A DNA stretch of 11,103 nucleotides, from assembly GCA_008080735.1 (NCBI GenBank), contig SHMW01000108.1, positions 1-11,103 of the forward strand, read 5' to 3'. The stretch is from Promethearchaeota archaeon (GTDB taxonomy: Archaea; Asgardarchaeota; Lokiarchaeia; Sigyniarchaeales; SOKP01). This document shows positions 7,472 through 11,103 of this stretch, in pieces. The translations under genes were made by a program, and so were the position numbers. The notes beneath the pieces were generated by a model, which ran no database searches, was not told the DNA's origin, and saw nothing but the letters and a program-made list of their open reading frames with translations. How positions within the stretch are numbered: position 1 is the first letter of the stretch; each line of letters begins with the position of its first letter.

Positions 7472-8170
7472 ATGGAACTAAAAAATTATCAAAAACTACG
7501 AATCATTGCGGGTATTTTGTTGATCGCTTCTGCCATAACACATCTAGGGCAATTAATAGTTGTTGGATTTGAATGGCATGATCTTGCTGCTGCAATAATC
7601 GGAGGGCTCTATGGTGTCTTAGGGATTTTATTGTTATTATATAAAGAAAATAGACCCTTGACATTCATAGGAATAATTTATCCCTTTATCGGTGGGACTT
7701 TAGGTTTGGTGAGATTAATCTCGATTGAAATTGCTCAAAACGGAACCATCAATTGGTTTATCGTATGGCACCTTATTGTTGATATCATTGTTGTTCCCTC
7801 ATTATTCCTCTATTATATATCGTTCACAGGAATGAATGGTCAGAATCAGCTTTCATTTTTGACAATTGTTATGTTTTTCATTACTGCGTTGATTCATATT
7901 TTACAGATATATTATGGGATAAATCTTGAAAATATTGGCACAACCATCTTTGGTTTCATTTACATAGGAATAGCGGTATTAGTATGGACTAAAGAAGAGA
8001 GCAAAAGAGTCCATATCCTGGCGATTGATATCCCAATTATCGGGGGAATTATCGGTTTGATATTGTTCTTTTTCACATATAATCCGTTTCTCATTTTCTT
8101 TCTCATCGTGGATATCCTTATAGTTTATCTCAGAATTCATATATACAAAACGTATTATATGAAAAAATAG
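7472..8170 (+). CDS. Integral membrane protein of unknown function, about 8 TM helices made of two homologous 4-TM units
   Basis: Highly hydrophobic. Repeated motifs AITHLGQ/ALIHILQ, GGLY/GFIY, PFIGGTLG/PIIGGIIG and HLIVDII/FLIVDIL. Confidence 0.85.
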   Translation: MELKNYQKLRIIAGILLIASAITHLGQLIVVGFEWHDLAAAIIGGLYGVLGILLLLYKENRPLTFIGIIYPFIGGTLGLVRLISIEIAQNGTINWFIVWHLIVDIIVVPSLFLYYISFTGMNGQNQLSFLTIVMFFITALIHILQIYYGINLENIGTTIFGFIYIGIAVLVWTKEESKRVHILAIDIPIIGGIIGLILFFFTYNPFLIFFLIVDILIVYLRIHIYKTYYMKK

Positions 8171-8172
8171 AC

Positions 8173-8187
8173 TTTTTATTTTTTTTC
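8173..8187 (+). terminator. Oligo-T terminator in the 17-nt gap between convergent genes
   Basis: tttttattttttttc directly after the TAG at 8170. Confidence 0.5.
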
Positions 8188-9312
8188 TTAAATTCCGCTG
8201 ACTTTTGTGAGGAACTTAGGTGTGTCCGAGTTGATATTCTTTATTCTGGCAATCTCCAATGTGAGTAATTGAACAGCTAAAATCATTATTATTGGTTGTA
8301 AGTCATGTATGGTATTGGGAACTTGGATCCCAAAATCGATGGGGTCTGGAATGTCTTTTTCATCTTCGATTTCATAAATCCCCAAAATAGTAGCTTTACG
8401 TTCCTTTATTCTTTTAAGGAGATTGATGAGATTCTTTTTTCTCTGATCCTCTTCTTTCGGGATTATTGCTAATATCCATGCGCTCGAATCTGCTAGTGTG
8501 ATTGGTCCATGTGGAAATTCAGCGGTAGAATATGCCTGACCAAATATTCTTGCTCCTTCTTTTAATTTTAATGAAGCCTCCATTGCGGTGGCATAGTCAG
8601 ATCCCCCCCCCAAAATGAAACAAAATTCCGCAAATTTAAAATAGTTAGAATAGTCCTTAATTTTTTTATGAAGGTCAGACAAAGAATCTTCAATTTTGCT
8701 GGGTATCATTTTTAATTCTTCCCAAATCATTCTATAATAATCTTCTGTAATTTCCTTCTTATTTATTGCTGTTTCTAATGCAAGTATGGATAGACTTGCT
8801 AATTGATTAATATAGGTTTTTGTAGCTAAGACACTTTTTTCCTCTCCACAATTCAAAAAAATATCATAGTCACAAGCTTCTGCCAACTCAGATTCAGAAT
8901 TATTTGTAACAGCTATAGTTAAACACCCTCTTGATTGCTTTGCTAACCTCACAGACTCAATTGTATCTTTCGTTCTTCCGCTCTGAGAAATTCCGATAAC
9001 GCAATCATTTTTATCTAATATTGGCTCGATTAAATATTGAAATTCCATCGAAAATTCGCAGAAAGTGGGAATATGTGTAATCCTATTAAACATATAGGAT
9101 ATGGCAAATCCCGCATGGTATGATGTTCCTGCCCCTATTAAATAAATATGTCTGGTGTTATTATTGATAATTTTTTGAGCAATTGTCTCAATATGATCCT
9201 TATTTTGAATCAATCTTCGAAGAGCTTCTGGAATTTCATATATTTCCTTCTCTGTAAACTTTCCCAGTTCTTCGACCTTGAAATTATTTTTTTTGTTATT
9301 CATTCTTATCAA
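8188..9312 (-). CDS. Double-SIS-domain sugar-phosphate isomerase/deaminase (GlmS isomerase-domain homologue without a glutaminase domain)
   Basis: KEIYEIPE, GAGTSYHAG, ISQSGRTKDT, GEEKSVLATKTY, EASLKLKE, EFPHGP and C-terminal DTPKFLTKV. No N-terminal Cys-Gly Ntn domain. Start is TTG 9312 or ATG 9303. Confidence 0.9.
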   Translation of the reverse strand: MIRMNNKKNNFKVEELGKFTEKEIYEIPEALRRLIQNKDHIETIAQKIINNNTRHIYLIGAGTSYHAGFAISYMFNRITHIPTFCEFSMEFQYLIEPILDKNDCVIGISQSGRTKDTIESVRLAKQSRGCLTIAVTNNSESELAEACDYDIFLNCGEEKSVLATKTYINQLASLSILALETAINKKEITEDYYRMIWEELKMIPSKIEDSLSDLHKKIKDYSNYFKFAEFCFILGGGSDYATAMEASLKLKEGARIFGQAYSTAEFPHGPITLADSSAWILAIIPKEEDQRKKNLINLLKRIKERKATILGIYEIEDEKDIPDPIDFGIQVPNTIHDLQPIIMILAVQLLTLEIARIKNINSDTPKFLTKVSGI

Positions 9313-9409
9313 TCTCTCACTCTTTCAAATTTTTGAAAAAATAATAATTATTTGTTTTGTTAAACTCTAGCAATTATACCTATTATAATATTAATTGTGA
9401 ATCTGAATT

Positions 9410-10597
9410 ATGAACAAGGAGTTTTCAAATAAAATTGAAGCCGAACAATATTTACATAGTAAATTATTTCAGAAAAAAGATATTGTTATTAAAAACGGTA
9501 AGGGCGCTATACTAATTGACGAGAATGATAACGAGTATATAGACTGTGTTGCGGGGCATGCGGTGGTTAACATTGGTCATTCGCATCCCAAATACGTTGA
9601 AGCCGTAAAGAATCAATTGGAACAGTTGGTTATGGTCTCTCCGAGTTATCCTATGGAAATTCGTTATAAACTATTAGAAAAGTTAGCAAGAATTACTCCA
9701 AAACCTCTGAGTCAAACATTTTTAGGAAATAGTGGAACAGAGGCTATTGAGGCGGCCTTAAAATTGGCATTAGCTGTCAATAGGGATAAAAAAAATCCCG
9801 AAGTAATCGCTTTTAAAAGGGCTTTTCATGGAAGAACCTTAGGCTCCCTAGCGATGACCCATAATATGAAATATAGAAAACCTTTTCTACCGTGGTTATC
9901 ATCCCACGTAAAGTTTGCTTCATATGGCGATATAGATTCGGTGAAAGAACTGGTAAATGATAATACAATTGCAGTTTTTATTGAGCTTATTCAAGGTGAA
10001 GGGGGTGTTTATCCTGCACCATATGATTTTGTTAGAGAATTAAGAGAGTTATGTGATCAGAATAATATTCTCTTAATTGATGATGAAGTGCAAACCGGCT
10101 TTGGCAGAACGGGGAAAATGTTTGCGTTCGAACATTACGACATTGTTCCAGATGCCATGTGCATGGCAAAAGCAATTGCGGGAGGGATGCCTATGGGTGC
10201 GATGATCTCTTCTGAAGAATTATACGAAAAAATGCAGATTGGAGAGCATAGCACTACATACGGAGGAAATCCACTTTGTTGTGCGGCCGCAAATGCCGTA
10301 ATTGATATAATTCAAGAGGAAGGTATAGTTACAAACGCAGATACACAAGGAAAAAAACTTTTGAATGATTTAAACAAATACGCAGAAGAAGAGAGGCTAA
10401 TACGTGAAGTCAGAGGGAAAGGTCTCATGATTGGCGTCGATTATCGTATAAGGGTGAATGACCTTATAAATAAAGCTCAAGATATGAATGTTTTATTATT
10501 AAACGCGGGTTTAACCACCATCAGGATTCTTCCTCCTTTAGTTATAAATGATCTACAAGTAGAGAGAGTTTTGGAAGTTATGCATAAATTAACATAA
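9410..10597 (+). CDS. Class III PLP aminotransferase, LysJ/ArgD-like (acetylornithine or LysW-linked semialdehyde transaminase)
   Basis: NSGTEAIEAALKLA, AFHGRTLG, IQGEGGV, DEVQTGFGRTG, PLP lysine in MAKAIAGG, GEHSTTYGGNP, RGKGLMIG and IRILPPL. argD vs lysJ cannot be decided from the sequence alone. Confidence 0.93.
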   Translation: MNKEFSNKIEAEQYLHSKLFQKKDIVIKNGKGAILIDENDNEYIDCVAGHAVVNIGHSHPKYVEAVKNQLEQLVMVSPSYPMEIRYKLLEKLARITPKPLSQTFLGNSGTEAIEAALKLALAVNRDKKNPEVIAFKRAFHGRTLGSLAMTHNMKYRKPFLPWLSSHVKFASYGDIDSVKELVNDNTIAVFIELIQGEGGVYPAPYDFVRELRELCDQNNILLIDDEVQTGFGRTGKMFAFEHYDIVPDAMCMAKAIAGGMPMGAMISSEELYEKMQIGEHSTTYGGNPLCCAAANAVIDIIQEEGIVTNADTQGKKLLNDLNKYAEEERLIREVRGKGLMIGVDYRIRVNDLINKAQDMNVLLLNAGLTTIRILPPLVINDLQVERVLEVMHKLT

Positions 10598-10711
10598 ATT
10601 ATAAAACCCTTTCTTTTTGCACTATCTTAAAGAAATTTTAATAACCTTATTTCTATATCTTTGGTAGTAGAAACTAAATTTTTGATCCAAAATCAGAAGG
10701 GATATCATATC

Positions 10712-11103
10712 GTGACAAAAGCTACGAAGGATGAATTTTTAGACAAATTATTCAAAGTAATTAAAAAACTCGCGGGGATTGCGAAAACACAAGGATTCAG
10801 ATTTCAAGATAAATGGAAGGAGTATTTAAGTGAGGTTAGTACCAAACCTCATTCGATTCGTCCAATCTCATTGAAAGAAGAAAACTTTTTCAATGATATT
10901 GATTATCGCATTGAAACACTAAAAACAGTATCCAACGCCATAGTAGATGGCTATTATTCCATAAAAACATTGCTCCAAGCCCTTTATGACGATTATTTCA
11001 AATCAGACACTTTCAAAACGAAGTATCCCCCAGAGGATCAGATAAAAATACAATATATTGTTGCTAAAGAAATTTTAGGTAATTTAATTCAATATAATAA
11101 AAT
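10712..11103 (+). CDS. Hypothetical protein, 3'-truncated (not in the ORF track)
   Basis: Hand translation from GTG 10712 gives 130 codons with no stop to the window end: MTKATKDEFLDKLFKVIKKLAGIAKTQGFRFQDKWKEYLSEV...VAKEILGNLIQYNK. Purine-rich gaaggga lies upstream. In-frame TTGs at 10661 and 10682 are alternative starts; the upstream in-frame stop is at 10628-10630. Confidence 0.8.
   Translation, partial: MTKATKDEFLDKLFKVIKKLAGIAKTQGFRFQDKWKEYLSEVSTKPHSIRPISLKEENFFNDIDYRIETLKTVSNAIVDGYYSIKTLLQALYDDYFKSDTFKTKYPPEDQIKIQYIVAKEILGNLIQYNK

Noticed and set aside
5628-9336. Short ORFs 5628-5831 (-), 7070-7264 (+) and 9148-9336 (+)
   Set aside because: They overlap well-supported genes on the opposite strand and show no coding signal.
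1-11103. tRNA, rRNA, CRISPR array, IS element or defence island
   Set aside because: Intergenic gaps are short and AT-rich, with no cloverleaf, GC-rich stems, spaced repeats, or transposase/integrase/nuclease motifs seen.

Overview
AT-rich archaeal chromosomal segment, most likely Asgard archaea (Lokiarchaeia/Promethearchaeota-like). The taxonomy is an inference from an archaeal-type AlaRS, oligo-T terminators and a Rab-like small-GTPase-fold gene. Gene order: 5'-truncated divergent ftsZ paralogue (+), PNPOx-like split-barrel protein (+), alaS (+), Icc/CpdA-like metallophosphoesterase (+), Nudix hydrolase (+), degenerate Rab-like GTPase fused to a C-terminal Cys-rich domain (-), VOC/glyoxalase protein (-), internally duplicated membrane protein (+), GlmS-like SIS protein lacking the glutaminase domain (-), LysJ/ArgD-like class III aminotransferase (+), and a 3'-truncated hypothetical ORF missing from the ORF track (+). 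I saw no RNA genes, CRISPR arrays or mobile elements. Most interesting: the Rab-like pseudo-GTPase/putative Zn-binding fusion, the atypical AlaRS (altered motifs plus an internal helical duplication), and the 2x4-TM membrane protein with conserved intramembrane His/Gln/Asp residues. No multi-gene novel system is directly demonstrated by the sequence.
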